Below, piece after piece: positions 12,859-29,900 of a stretch of DNA of 64,000 nucleotides. The stretch lies in the NCBI RefSeq assembly GCF_009914755.1, contig NC_060939.1; one strand, written 5' to 3'. The notes beneath the pieces were generated by a model, which was given only the letters and a program-made list of their open reading frames with translations, had not been told where the DNA came from and searched no databases. Made by a program: the position numbers and the translations under genes. Each line of letters begins with the position of its first letter. The first letter of the stretch is position 1. This stretch comes from the human T2T-CHM13v2.0 reference genome, Homo sapiens.

Positions 12859-13530
12859 TGAATCTTACTCCTTATCTGGAATGGCTGCCTTATTTAGAAG
12901 CCAAAATTACATAAAGAATCTCACACAAAGCTTAAATAAAGTTTAGATTTAAGGGGGGTATGTTTCACTCTCATAAACTGAGCTTTTAAAAACGATATGA
13001 TATAACTATTTTCCAGTATCAGTACAACCAAAAATGTCCCAATTTTATCTCTGGTTAAATGTTAATATATGCAAATAAGTACAAATGCAAGAGCCATTTT
13101 AGATCTGTTGTTCTAATTTACAATGTCTTTTATAATTAAGTTTCCCACATGTCCTTGCTAGTTTATTATGACCCATTTTTGAACCATGCTAGAAAGATAC
13201 TTTTTTATTAGGTAACTAGTGCTTCAATAAAGCAAGATTCTAATTAATCACCACTAGTTGTGTATACCAAATACACATCCTTTAAGACAATACAGTTCTT
13301 AAAAGAAGAAAAATTATAATTATTCTAATATTTATACAAATCATATAACGATTTCACAGAACCAAACACTTACAAGTAGAATTCTACTAAAACTACTTGT
13401 GATAACAGTGAAAGCTAGACACGTGGTCATTTTAATAATGGAATTACAAATTAAATAAACATAATTATTATATCTTACTAATGCTTGCAACAAAAGCTAA
13501 TTTTAAAAACTTGGAATGTCTCAAAGCATT

Positions 13531-13889
13531 TGCTATGGACTGAATGTTTGAGTCACCCCAAAATTCATATGCTGAAATCTAATCCCCAATGTGATGGTGT
13601 TTGGAGGTGGGGCCTTTGGGAGGTGACCAGGTCATGAGGGTGGAGCCCTCATAAGTGGGATTAGTGCCCTTATAGGGGATAAAGGATCAGAACTCTCTGC
13701 CATGTGCGGATATGAGAAGGCAACTATATGCAAACCAGGAAGTTGACCCTCACCTGGAAGTAGACTACCAGATCTGCTGGCACCTTTATCTTGGACTTCT
13801 CAGCTTCCAGAACTGTGAGAAATAAATGTTTCTTGTTTAAGCCATCCAGACTATGGTAATTTGCTATAGAAGCCTGAACTAACTGAGAG
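13531..13889 (+). mobile_element. MLT1A/MLT1A0 (MaLR) solo LTR
   Basis: Starts tgctatggactgaatgttt; contains 'ggaggtggggcctttgggagg' and 'cagaactgtgagaaataaatgtttcttgtttaagcca'. Confidence 0.85.
13821..13826 (+). terminator. LIPC: Distal LIPC poly(A) signal inside the MLT1A LTR (cleavage predicted near CA at 13843-44)
   Basis: AATAAA at the native poly(A) position of a sense-oriented LTR, about 1.0 kb after the stop. Confidence 0.65.
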
Positions 13890-14776
13890 AGTTAGATGTC
13901 AAATTTCAAACTGTCCAATAAGTGAAATAATAATGTTTTGACCAGCAAATTCCATCACAAAGCACATGGTGACAATGGACGCTAAATATGGTAATCAGTT
14001 AGATATGTGTTTTACATAATTCAGAGAGGAGGAACATGTTATGCACATTAAACAAGCTAACCTAACTTGCACTTAGGCTCAGCTATATACAGACCATAAT
14101 TCATATTCTCTTCACCAAAGCGGGGTAAACTGGGGCTCATGAAAACAAAAATCCTGGAAAGATGTCTGCCTCTGACTAATCAATTTAAAATTATCTTGCA
14201 TGATTCACTTTTATTTCCCTTTGAAAGACCTAGAAATCTAAAACTTATGGGGTGGTGGGATAGGAAGAACAGCTGGTCAATGTTTCCAAATGAAGCATTC
14301 TGTCCTGAATGCTAATCTTACCTGCAAAAGTATTTGACCCTACTTTTAGGGAATGTGTGTGAGTGTGTGTCTAAAATTGATAGATAATAAAATGAACATT
14401 TCCCATTATGTCTAAAATACTAAGGTTTACAATAAAATGTTTGCATTGGATTGCCAGGTTTTATCATTAATGATCCAGAAGGAATTTAGAATATCACTTT
14501 TGAAAAACAACAGGGAAACACTCTTTGCTGTATATGCAACAGAGTCCATGCATATGTATTCCAGGAGACATGTATGTGAGCCTTGAAATCATCGCAGCCA
14601 GAAACAGCCCAAATGTCTGCCAGTACGATGCAGAAATGAACTGGGTTATAGTCTTGCTAATGGACTGTCGTACAACCGTAAGAAAGATAAGCCAAAGCTA
14701 CACACACAAAAGAACAGAGCTGGGGCCAGCGTGAGGCAGCGAGACATCTAGGGAGCAACATTTAAGGAAGCACTCA

Positions 14777-15259
<483 letters not shown>

Positions 15260-16429
15260 TCACTGATTTAACCGTTCTATATACATCTACATTTCACGCA
15301 CTTTTTAGTATGAATGTCACCTTTCACAATGTGAAAATTAAAAAGGGAAAATAAAGGGCAGAGTTAAACAAACATGTTTCTACTATAGTGTGATATGTTT
15401 CAAAAGTAATATAGTTTCACAAGCAATATAATTAGAAATTATTTCATCTTTAGTAAGAAAACTTGAAGTGCCACAATACATGGTAACATTTTGGGCAGAG
15501 AATTCAACAAGCATCCAACGTGACAAGTGGTTAACTGGAACATTTGAAACTCCTCTTGGCATGTCCAAATCTGGTTGCCAATTCTGTTGTCGGTGGATTA
15601 TTTTCACTTGGAGGGATGTGTTCATCGACATCACATTTTCTTAAGTATATTCGAGTAGGGAAGTCAAATTGGGAAACTGAATAATGCAGTCACATCTGTT
15701 CGTTGCACATGCAAAATGCTGGCTCGTGAACTGATTATACACACCTCTCTCCAAAGAATCTGCATTTATGAGCCCACTCAGGAAAGATAACACTAGCATC
15801 TTGCCTTTTAGGCAAAAGCTTATTTGTGCTTCTCTTGTAAGAGAGCACTGGGAAAGAAATGGAATGTCGATTACACTGCAGCTGGGCTCTTTGAGGTGAG
15901 TAAGTCAGAGAGAGAAGGAAACAAGCACTCCATTCAACATTAAAATGAACGCACTCTGCTGCATCGCAAAGCTCCCTGTCCTCAATGTTCACCTTGAGTC
16001 ATGTCGGCCGCAAATACTGCAAAAGCTTGGATTGCAATACACGTCTGTGGGGCAGCAAGGCAAGGGGTAAAGCTGCCCAGTGCTGTGCTTGCCCTCCCAC
16101 AGAGGCTGGACCAAAGTAAAGTCAGAGGGATGGGAAATAGACAAGCAAGATGAAGACTAAAGAAAGTCAGTCCCAAAAGGGACCATTTACATGGTCCCAT
16201 AATACATACTTCTATTTGAATCCCAATGATCCGTACATGATTAATGGCTCCCGACACATCTCATTCCTTCCCTTCTCTTATCCCTTCCTCCTTTTCTTTT
16301 CTCCCCTGGAATTGCTCTGCCTAACTTAGTCCTATTTATCTACCCAGGCCCAGTTATTTTCACCAGTTGCCTCCTAGCCTGGCCAGGCCACAGAGATCTT
16401 TCTCTCTTCTGAGCGCCTGGCAATCACAT

Positions 16430-17090
16430 AAGTGACGCTCTCCGCCATCCACTTGGCCTTTAGTTATTTGTGCCCCGCTGATTCCCCTCCAACCTCCCAG
16501 CCTCCCTGCTGCTCCCTGCCCTCCATTCAGCCATTCCAGGGGAGCCCAGACCTCCTTCCCTACTCGCACGTTTCTCTCTTTATAGGCAATCTCACCCACT
16601 CCTATGGCTTTATTTATGATCAACCACATAGGCCAACCATTCTCAGTGTAGAGCTCCAGCCTGGGCCTTCTCTCCAGACCCGTATTCCCATATATTATGC
16701 AATTGTCCATTCCACAGTTCCCGCTGTGTCATCTCTCCCTGCATCCAAAAATGAATGCATGATGTTTCTTGCCCCTGGAACCTGCTCATCCCCATTCTCT
16801 CTGTTGTTTATCTCCTTGAAGGTCATTACCACCCACCCAGTTGCTGGTGGTGGACTCTGGGGAGTCATCCATTATGTGTCCTCCCCTTTGGCCCCTCACA
16901 ATCCAATGATCACCATATTCCATGAATTCTACTCTTATTTCTTAAGCGTGTCTATGTCTCCCCACCTCTACTGCCATCAACCCAGCCCAAGCCGAACTAT
17001 CGCTTACCCAGACATTTGCAACAACTTTCCAATTCATCCCTCAGACACCCTCCTCCCTCTCAATCCCTTCCCCTCACAGCGACCAGAGTG

Positions 17091-17126
<36 letters not shown>

Positions 17127-17300
17127 ATATCATTTTCCTGCATAAAGCCCTCCCAATGACCTCCCACGTTTTTTGGAAAAAGTCCAAAATAATTACCCTG
17201 GCCTTCAAGGCTCCCAGTCAAGCCCCTACTTTTCTCCCCAGTCTTGCCTCCCATTACTCTCTGTCTGTCACTCACTAGGCCATTGTCCAGCTCCACCCAC
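16430..17300 (+). mobile_element. Degraded L2
   Basis: C/T-rich L2-like text (e.g. 'ctcacccactcctatggcttta', 'cacagcgaccagagtgatctt'); an L2 3' end occurs at ~18600-18760. Confidence 0.6.
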
Positions 17301-17320
17301 GGAGTGTCCGCCCAGCCTGC

Positions 17321-17553
17321 ATTTTATTTTTAATTTTTATTTATTTATATATTTATTGGAGACAAAGTCTCACTCTGTCACCCAGGCTGGAATGCAGTGG
17401 TGCAATCACAGTCATTGCAGCCTTGACCTCCTGGGGCTCAAACAATTCTCCCAGCTCATCCTTCCGAGTACCTGGGACTACAAGTGCACACTGCCACATC
17501 CATCTAATTCCTAAATGTTTTGTAGAGACAGGGGTCTCACTATGTTGCCCAGG
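17321..17553 (-). mobile_element. AluJ, partial
   Basis: 'cattgcagccttgacctcctgg', 'gtctcactatgttgcccagg'. Confidence 0.8.
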
Positions 17554-17959
17554 TTTAGCGTGCACTTTAGAAATGCCTGAGGAGCTTTAAAAACTAGCCC
17601 TGCCTCAGCCCCACACCTAGAGATTTTTTACTTAATTGGACTAGGGCAGGGCCCGGAGATTAAGACTGTTGAAAGCTCCCCAGGTGATCCTAATATGCAC
17701 TAAGTTTGAAACCCAGAGGTCTAGACAACACCAGCCACCTCAGTTCCTTCAAAAGCGCAAAGCTCTCTCCTTGGCCCCTTCTGTTGCTTACACTCCCACC
17801 TCTCCTCCATTGCATGCTTGCAGCTCCAAGTTAGGTGTTACTGCTTGGGAGATCATTTAACAATTATCTCATCCTACCCGAGCTTCAAGCAGCTCACCCT
17901 GCCATCCATAGTCAATGTTTTTTTATTCTCCCGGTGAAATGATTTGTGGCCATGCCATG

Positions 17960-18600
<641 letters not shown>

Positions 18601-19798
18601 ATCTTTGAAATGGTTTCTTTACTGCCTTTCTCCCCCACTGGCCTTGAAGCTTGGTGAAGTCAGGGAGAGGCTCTCATTGTTCACTGCATTATTCCCAGTG
18701 CTCAGCCTATCACCTGGTACAGAGTTGGCATCCTGTAAATGCTTGCTGAGTTAATAAGTGACAGTTATCTCTTCTTATCTGTATTTTTTTCCTCTTGATT
18801 AAATCAGAAGCTTCAGCTACCACACCTGTCCAAGATAGAGTTCACTGCTTCCTCATTCAGCTTAGAAACAAAGCCAGGTTGGCGAGGCGGTTGACTTCCT
18901 CCCTCCCTCATCTCTTGGCCCTGCCGGCCTCCTCTTACGTTAGCTCAGTTTCTGCCTCAATCAGTTCATCAAAATCCCTTTGGGTTCCTTGACTACATTT
19001 TTACTTTTGAAACACGTCTATCACAAAAAGAATTTTCCAGTGTCTTGGAGCTATCTTCCTGTCAAATAAGATAGAATTAGAGAATAACTGTAAGGGTCAT
19101 CTACAACATCCCTCTCAACCCATTCTGTGCACAGGCACCTTGTTCACTGGCATTTCTGTCACCGTAGGTCTGGGGCACATCCTGACAGCAGGCATTCCTA
19201 ACAAGCTCTCAGGCGATGCCATTGCGGCTGGTTCCCAGGCCACGCTGAGCAGCGTGAATGTAGACCAGTGTTTCCCAACTTTCCCCAATGATATGAATCA
19301 CCTGGGCACTAAAAAATAAAGCTTCCCAGACTCCTCCCCTGGAGATTCGAATTCAGCGGGTCAAGGACAGATCCTAAAGATTTTTCTTTTCAACAAGTAC
19401 CCGGGCTAATTCATCTCTTCAGAAAACTGGGGCAACACTGACGGAGTCCAACACCTTCCTCTCAAGAGAATATCACAGGTGTGGCCCAGCACCGCCAGGG
19501 AAAGAGCTTCCCCTACCTTGCCGTACCTTCTCCCCTCGCTTTCTTCCCTGGAAGCCATAGAGAGCAAATCAAACACATCAGCTATCTGAAGACAGTCTGC
19601 AGGAGACTGTGAGCCCCTTGAGGGCAGAAGTTGTAATGTATTTTTAGGTTTTGTTATGTGGTTATTTTAGGTTTCTCATTTTAAAGATATTTTATAAGAG
19701 TATAAAAGCAGTGCAACAATGCAAAGATATGTAAAGAGAAAGCTGGTCATCCGTCTCCCCGCACCCACCTTCTTCCCCACCCCAGCGACCCGAAGTGA

Positions 19799-20349
<551 letters not shown>

Positions 20350-20942
20350 CTTTTTTCTAATTTCTGTATGCCTATTATACAATATTTTTTTATAAATAGA
20401 AGTATACATGCTGGAGGGGTTAGTGCAATCTTTTTCCTCCTCTTGTTACTTGGGTCAATGCCCTCTCCCCTGACCCATGTTCATAACCAGGAGTGTAATT
20501 CTGAAGTTTTTCTATAGTCATATATACTACCATATACAGACATCCCCAAAGAGAAGGGACTTGTTACTGTTTCACAAACATGTAATTATACATTCTTTTC
20601 AGCAAATTGATTTCCTTACTCAACAATATGAGCTGAAATATTTCTGGGTCAATTGGTACAGATCTTATTATTTTTTAATTTTTTTCTTAATTTTTTAGAA
20701 CTCCAGTCTGTTGTCCAGACTGGAGATCAGTGGCCCTATCACAGCTCCCTGCAACCTCAAACTCCTGGCCTCAAACAAAATGCTTGGATTACAGGTGTGA
20801 GCCACAGTACCCAGCCTCACTACTTTTGATGATTGCATAATATTCCCCATTGTAGACAGAACCTTAATTTATTGTCAGTCTCATACTGATGTGCCTTCAC
20901 TTTTCTCCAGCTTTTTGCCTTTCTGAAAAGTGCTGCATTTAA

Positions 20943-21656
<714 letters not shown>

Positions 21657-22057
21657 TAAATTGAATAGATGTTGCCACATTGCTTTCCTAAAACATTATC
21701 ACAATTTGCACTTCCACCAGCAGTGTATGAACACCTATTTCCCACTCCCTACTTCTTTCCAAGGCAGAAATATTTATTGCTCATTTTAGTTTTTGCTAGT
21801 CTGCTGGGTGCAAGTTGTGACTTCATTGTGACTTTACATTTCCCTGCCTACTGCTGAGATTGAGAATCTTTGCATATGTTTATTGAATTTGCTTTACTGT
21901 GAATTAATTGTTCAAATCCCATTTTCTTTTAGAACGCTTCTGTTTCTTGCCAGTTTGTAAGAACTACATATTTTATGACATATAGTAACCTTTTATTGTT
22001 CAGCTTCTTTGCAAATAACTTTCTAAGTTAATTTCTCTATTGATTTTAGCTACGGGT

Positions 22058-22385
22058 TATTTTATTTTATTTTATTTTATTTTATTTTATTTTATTATTT
22101 TATTGAAACAGAGTCTTGCTCCATCTCCCAGGCTGGAGTGCAGTGGCATGATCTCAGCTCACTGCAACCTACCTCGCGGGTTCAAGGTTATTCTCCTGCC
22201 TCAGCCTCCCGAGTAGCTGGGATTACAGGCATGCACCACCACCTCTGGCTAATTTTTGTATTTTTGGTGGAGACGGGGTTTCACCATGTTGCCCAGGCTG
22301 GTCTCAAATTCCTGGCCTTTAGTGAGCCGCCCACCTCGGCCACCCAAAGTGCTGGGATTACAGGCAAGAGCCACCCCACCCAGCC
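22058..22385 (-). mobile_element. AluS with (TTTTA)n tail
   Basis: Full dimer; TSD ttgattttag. Confidence 0.85.
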
Positions 22386-22909
22386 TTGATTTTAGTTATA
22401 GTATTCTTTGCTGTACAGTAGTTTAATTTCCTTTAGGTCAAAAAAAATCTAACATTTCTATTATATGGAATTTCTGACTTGAAGTCACCATTGAAATGCA
22501 AATTGTTGAAAATAAATATTTTCTTCTGAGATTTTTGGTTTTGTTCCTTAAAAGCCTTAATCCATCTGAGATTTATTTTTGTATATAGTGTGAGATAGAA
22601 TGACAACTTAATTTTCTTCTATATGGATACAAGTGGAGCCAACGTTATTTATTAAACTTTTTCATGCTGAATTGAGATCCCACTTGTATCATAAATTTAA
22701 AGTACATGTGAACTATTTCTTAATCCTCTGTTTTGCCGCATTGATCTCTTTATTTCTATTTCTCATTATTTCTATTGTAATCACACTTAATTGATTGCAA
22801 GCATCTAGTCTTTCATACAGACTTTACAGTAATTTCCCAAAAATCTCTATTTCCCAAAAATCAAATATTCTAATTGGGTGGCACATGAAATATAGAAATT
22901 AGTACAAAT

Positions 22910-23239
<330 letters not shown>

Positions 23240-23720
23240 TCATCCAGAGGGACATTGTATGTTTTTCATTTGTTTGGGTCTTGTTTCATATCCTTCAATA
23301 AAAGTTCATGTTTTTTTTTTTTTCCTAAGTATTTTAATTTTTTGTCACGAGTGTGATGGAACCCTTCATTCCATTCCATTTCTATCTCATAGGGCTTATT
23401 ACTAGTATAAAGAACAGCTTTTGGTTGTTTATTCTATATTTGTCCACCTTATCCAATTAATGATATTAATTCTATTTGTTCTTTTTTATACTAGAATTTT
23501 ACGTTGTACAACCACTTCGTCACCAACAACCACAGTTTATATTGTTTATTTCATTTTTTTTCACCTTACTGGCAACCCAAGTTGACCTCAAGTGATCCAC
23601 CTGCCTCGGCCTCCCAAAGTGCTGGGATTACAGCCATGAGCCACTATGCTGGGCCTCTTCCTTCTTTATTCATAGATTACAATATGTTGATAGACTTCCT
23701 GATATTGAGCCACATTGCAT

Positions 23721-24016
23721 TTTTTTTTTTTTTTTTTGAGACAGAGTCTTGCCTGTTGCCCAGGCTGGAGTGCAGTGGCACGATCTCTGTTCACTGAAAC
23801 CTCTGCCTCCCAGGTTCAAGTGATTCTCCTACCTCAGCCACCCAAGTAGCTGGGACTACAGGCACCCACCACCACGCCCGGCTAATTTTTGTATTTTTAG
23901 TAGAGACAGGGTTTCACCATGTTGGCCAGGATGGTCTCGATCTCTCGACCTCGTGATCCTCCCACCTTGGCCTCTCAAAGTGCTCGGATTATAGGTGTGA
24001 GCCACCGCGCCCGGCC
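23721..24016 (-). mobile_element. AluSc-like
   Basis: Full dimer with poly-T. Confidence 0.85.
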
Positions 24017-24109
24017 CGTGTTTGCATTCGTGGAGTAAACCTTCCTTGCTTACCATGTATTTTTTTTTTTTTTTCATAACTTTGCTGGACTTTCCTTGAT
24101 TTTATTTAG

Positions 24110-24427
<318 letters not shown>

Positions 24428-25086
24428 TCATACATGAAATTGATCCACGCCTTTTTTAGGGGGTCTATCATTTCATGCTTTTGATATTCTACAGCTTTTA
24501 TCTATGGCCTTGAATAGTTTAGATAATATTGTGATGATCTTTTTTTAAAAAATCTTTTTAAAACTCAGCTGTGAAACCATCTGGTCCTTGTGCTTTTGCA
24601 TGTAATATTCTTAGATTTTCAGCTTGTACTTGCCTTTTGCATATAACATTTATTAAAATTATTTTTGTGAAATATCTTCAAGCAAGAGAGGCACAAAGTT
24701 ATATAAGAGCATAATAATGAGTAAATGAAGACATAACCTTAAAGCACAGACAAAAAATCCAAAAGTAAACTCTGAAATTCTAATAATTCTTCCTAGGGTA
24801 GTTGAATCAATGGACGCATTTATCACAGAAAACAAGATAAACTACAGAAATGCTACATAGTGTTCTATCCAACATTAAATCTAGACATAATCCACAAAAG
24901 GGAAAAAACTGAAAAGCTAAATAGTTAACTGTCAAGAGAAACTATGTTGGACAATGATAATATTCCTCCTAATTTCTAGTAATATTCTCCTTAAGAGCAT
25001 ACTTAAATGGTATCCGTTTAGAAAGCACATTTAGAATAACTTTAAGTTTGTTCAATTCTTGGGTAATTGGTAGGTTCATTCCCTGA

Positions 25087-25788
<702 letters not shown>

Positions 25789-26090
25789 TAAATGAAATAA
25801 GATGTACAGATAGTCTTATTACTATTTATGTTTTTCATTAATGACATACAATGACATGTGTGGGCCCATAAAATAGGCTAATTGATTTAGGAATATAAAA
25901 CAAGGTAAGAGATCTAATGCACTTTTTAAAAAATGAGTTGCTAAAAACAAACATTTAGTGGGTAACAGTAAGTTGTTTTTGTAAGACCTCTTTTGGCTCC
26001 ACTATCTTCTAGGCTGGGATAAAAGTAGTAAAATTCAAAGACCACAGTAAGTATAAATTACATCTAGGTTACTATGAGTTTTGTTAATTT

Positions 26091-26221
26091 AAAAAAAAAA
26101 GAAGAGGAGGGAGAGAAGGAAGAGGAAAAGGAAGGAAGGAAGAAGAAAGAAGGGGAAGAGGAAGAAAGGAGGAGGAGGAGGAGGAAGAGGAGGGAGAAGA
26201 GGAAGAAAAAAAAGAAGAAAA
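26091..26221. repeat. Pure purine (GA-rich) tract, about 130 bp
   Basis: Only A/G on the + strand. Confidence 0.95.
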
Positions 26222-26263
26222 TTCTTTTTTTCTCCCCAGGAGGGAAGCTTTTACTTTTATAGT

Positions 26264-26480
26264 CAGCCAGAACTAGGGTGAGAGAAGCAAGGCACATAGG
26301 TCACACAATTCAAGGAAGCGATACTGTACAAGTGCCAGCTGCTCCCTTAACCCATGTGTGAAATCGGGTGCTTCCTACGGAGTGGGGTGCCTGGGTGCCA
26401 GGGCTGGCACTTGCACAACCTTATTTTCTTAAATTTTGTGCCCTAGGCACCTCACTTGCCTCTCTGTAGTTCCAGTTCTG
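26264..26480. mobile_element. MER96-like hAT MITE
   Basis: Ends 'cagaactagggtgag' and 'cacttgcctctctgtagttccagttctg'. Confidence 0.55.
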
Positions 26481-26499
26481 TTTATATTAATTCCTTCTT

Positions 26500-27500
26500 C
26501 ATATTTTCTTTTGCTTTATTTTATTCTTTCCATGGAACTTGTTCCATAGAAAAGCAACTAGTACTTTTATTTTTAGTCATTGTTCTTTAATGATAATAGT
26601 ATGTAAGGCTGTAATATACAGATTTTAATATAAAGCCTTCTTTTCACTGTAGTTTTTTAGTATTAGCTTTATATTGCTCTTTGCTCCAAAGATTACCCAG
26701 GAAGTATTCTTCAATTTATAAATAGGCTATTCTGATCACTTTTAAATTATTTATTTCTAGTTTTATTGAATGTGGCTACAAAAATCTCTCATTTCTGTAT
26801 TTGCTAAGCCTTTCTTTGTGATCAAGTACATAGTCAATTTTTATAACATTCTGTTGGATATGTGAAAAAATTCTATGTTTTACTTGAGAAATTTAAGATC
26901 ATATATCTATTAAACTAAGTGTGTTGACTGTATTATTCTTCTATAGCCTTTTTTTGTATATTAGATGTGATTCTTAAAAGTGTTTTAAAATCTCTATTTT
27001 GATCAAATTATATTTGTATTTACATTGTTTGGTACACATAAGTTTACTAATGTTAATTCTGCCTCACAAAATGTGCCTTACATTGTTAGATAACATTCCT
27101 CCTTTAGTGCCCCCAATCTTTAATTCCTCCTTGTCTGACAATTAATTTTGCTAATCCTATTTTCTTTTTCACAATATTTTCTTGATATCTTTGTTCATTT
27201 CTTTATTTTCAACTTTTCTTTATACTTTGTTTCTTTAAAAATTTTAGATATTTTTCTTCTAGATAAAGTATAGCTGGCTTATTTATATTTTTAACTCAAT
27301 CTAAGTGTCTCTGACTTCTAATAAGAAAATCTATTCCATTTACATTTAGTGAAATGATTGGACTCTTACTATCTTATTTATTGCCTTACTTTACTAATTA
27401 TTTTCTCCTTTTATGTACTCTTATTTTTGCAGATTGATCAAATTGATAGTTCCCCTTTCCATCTTGTTGATACAACTTTTCTTGTAGATTTTCATTCTAC
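26500..27500 (-). mobile_element. Old L1M fragment (ORF2 region)
   Basis: T-rich text such as 'tagtcaatttttataacattctg...tgaaaaaattctatg', typical of antisense L1M. Confidence 0.5.
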
Positions 27501-28319
27501 TTCCAGCTAGTTTCCCTTTCCTGTTGCTCATAATCAGATACATATTTCTTTACCATTATATAAAACCAGACACATACTTCTCCCACCAAATACTGTTTGT
27601 CCACTGCTTCCACTCCCCATTCCAAACTTTAGAATACTTTCACTTCCCCTACCAGTTGCACAGCTACTACCCAGATGAGAACTTTGGAACATTTCCCTCC
27701 TTCCCACCCACCTCCGATGCCCAGATTTGCTGAGATTCACTTATTATTTTTAGCACCAGACTGTTTTTAGAAGAGTCGTCAAGGCAGATGGTGATGTGAT
27801 CAACTCAGGAAAAGAATAGACTTTTACAGAGTGGAGGACCCAGTAACATTCACAATCCGAGGGATGAGCTTCTGTGGGCTTTAGTGTCCAGGAGCTGGTA
27901 ATACATTTTGACTTGGGTGATGATCCCCTTTACTATTATTCTAAGATTTTATATTCTGATCCTTCCCAACTCTACTGGAGACTTTGACAGTTTATTTTAT
28001 CACCAAGCAAAAGGAACTGATAACATATTCTTGGATACTTTTTTAAGAGCGGACTGAAGATACTGGAGAGCCAAGCTGCAGGTCTGCCTAGGTTGATTTC
28101 CGTATAGTCCTTTTCCCTCCGTGGTTGGCAGTTTTCCATATTGTCACTTCCAGTGTTGTAAGTAAGCAGTCCATTGCCAGGATGACTCTTTCTTCTTTAG
28201 GAGTAACTTGTTCTTCCCTGTAGAGACTTTTAAGATTGTTCTCTACTCTTGTAGCTCAGAGATACAATATGCCTAGAAGCGTGTCTTCTGATCATCATTC
28301 CTTCCTGGAACTCTCTTTT

Positions 28320-28457
28320 ATGTTGTTGTTTTTATTTTTCAGAGGCAGGATCTCACTTTGTTATCCAGGCTGGTCTCAAACTCCTGGCCTCAAGCTATCC
28401 TCCCATTTTTGCCTCCCCCACATGCTGGGATTATAGGCATGACCCACCACGCCCAGC
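28320..28457 (-). mobile_element. FLAM_C
   Basis: Single Alu left monomer. Confidence 0.8.
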
Positions 28458-29439
28458 TCCTAGAACTCTGAGAGGCCAGTCTCTCTCTTCATCTCAGAAA
28501 CCTTTTAAATATTTTCGCTCACATCTCTCTTCTGTTACATCCTTCACCTCCGTTCTGGATTTTTACTATCTCCTTGTAATCTTGCTCTGTGCTTTCAGAT
28601 GTCTTTCTCTGACACTAATTCAGACATCAACAGTGACCACTTTCTCCTTCGATTTATCTCTTGAAAGCTCTGGTTCAAAATCATCCTTTTTTGGTTCCAG
28701 AGAATCAGTTTTATTGTGCTGCACTTATGTCTCCTTTTCTTATTCTTTGGTTCAAGTTATCTATGTCAGCAGCTATTTCTGTACTGAGGGTTCTGCTTGT
28801 AATTCTCCCTGGCTACTGGACTCCATTAGGAATCTTCTTTTCCTTTGTTTGATCACTGGGGCTCTGTTCCAGATACTGAGGTACCTTAAGAGACAGCATT
28901 CGCAGCCTGATAGAAGGAACAGCAGTATCAGCCTCCCAGGCTCAAGCTTAGCAGCATGTGGGTTGCCAGTCCTCTGGCAAGGGACTTGAAGGAAGCCTCT
29001 CTGCCCCCTTTCTAGTCTCCTCACCTCTCTCAGACACCTTCATAGCAGTGAAGGCAACTCAACCCATCTGGTCAGCTCTTCAAGAAGCAGGGAGACCCAC
29101 ACATTCACGAGGACCTTGCCCCGGATCCCCTCCTTAGGCTTATGATATGGTTCCCAGGCAGGAAGACAATCTTGCCCCAGCTCTCTGACAGGATTCTGCT
29201 GTGGCCCGAAGCCTCATTCACATCCCAGGCCTTATCTTCCCCCGGCAAGCCCCAGCAGCTGCTTTTCTCAGGAGAGGCAAATGGGTTAAACTGCAAGTAG
29301 AAAAAAGTTCAAGCTGCTATCATTCCAGAACCCCCAGTTCCTCATGTCTCGGAACTTCTTGATGTCTTTATTTTTGCATTCTAAAGTGCTTAATAAACAT
29401 CACTGAATACATGCTACCACCCCTACCTCAAATCCTGTC

Positions 29440-29900
29440 TGGTGCAGGTTCAATCAATCATGATGCCTTTGGAAGCTAACTCAAACTGGCTTAAATAAAG
29501 AGGGTTTTTTGTTTGGTTGGTTTTGTTTTGTTTTTAAATCTCACACAAAAGGAAGTTCCAAGGTAGAGTGGGGCCTCAGGAAGAGCTGACTGGGCTGCTT
29601 GGTAATGTTATGAAGATGCAGTGTTTTTCCTTCTCTCTGCTCCACCATCCTTGATGTTGGCTTCATCCTCAGGCTGTTACCAAGTTGCCCACTGCAACTG
29701 CAGGCAGCTCACTCAGGCATGGTAACATCCAGAGAAGGAACAGTAGACATCATGCGGGAGACAGCCCTCTTATCTCACTGGCCAAAATTAGGTGACATGA
29801 CCATTCCTAAACTTGGCAAGGGTAATGAGATTAACCACAGACCAAGGACCCTAACCACATGTCTGTTAGAGGAGAAGATACTTAAAATCAGGGGACACCT
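29440..29900. mobile_element. Degraded MLT1 (K/L-like) LTR
   Basis: 'aactcaaactggcttaaataaag', 'gttggcttcatcctcaggct', 'tctcactggccaaaattaggtgacatg'. Confidence 0.45.

Noticed and set aside
15383-15634. 83-aa minus-strand ORF in unique DNA
   Set aside because: No recognisable homology or exon context; length within chance expectation.
16432-17091. 219-aa ORF, the longest in the track
   Set aside because: It lies in C/T-rich degraded L2, has no ATG at its start and no recognisable domain.
26064-26297. Lys/Glu/Arg-rich and Phe/Ser-rich ORFs
   Set aside because: Products of the purine low-complexity tract.
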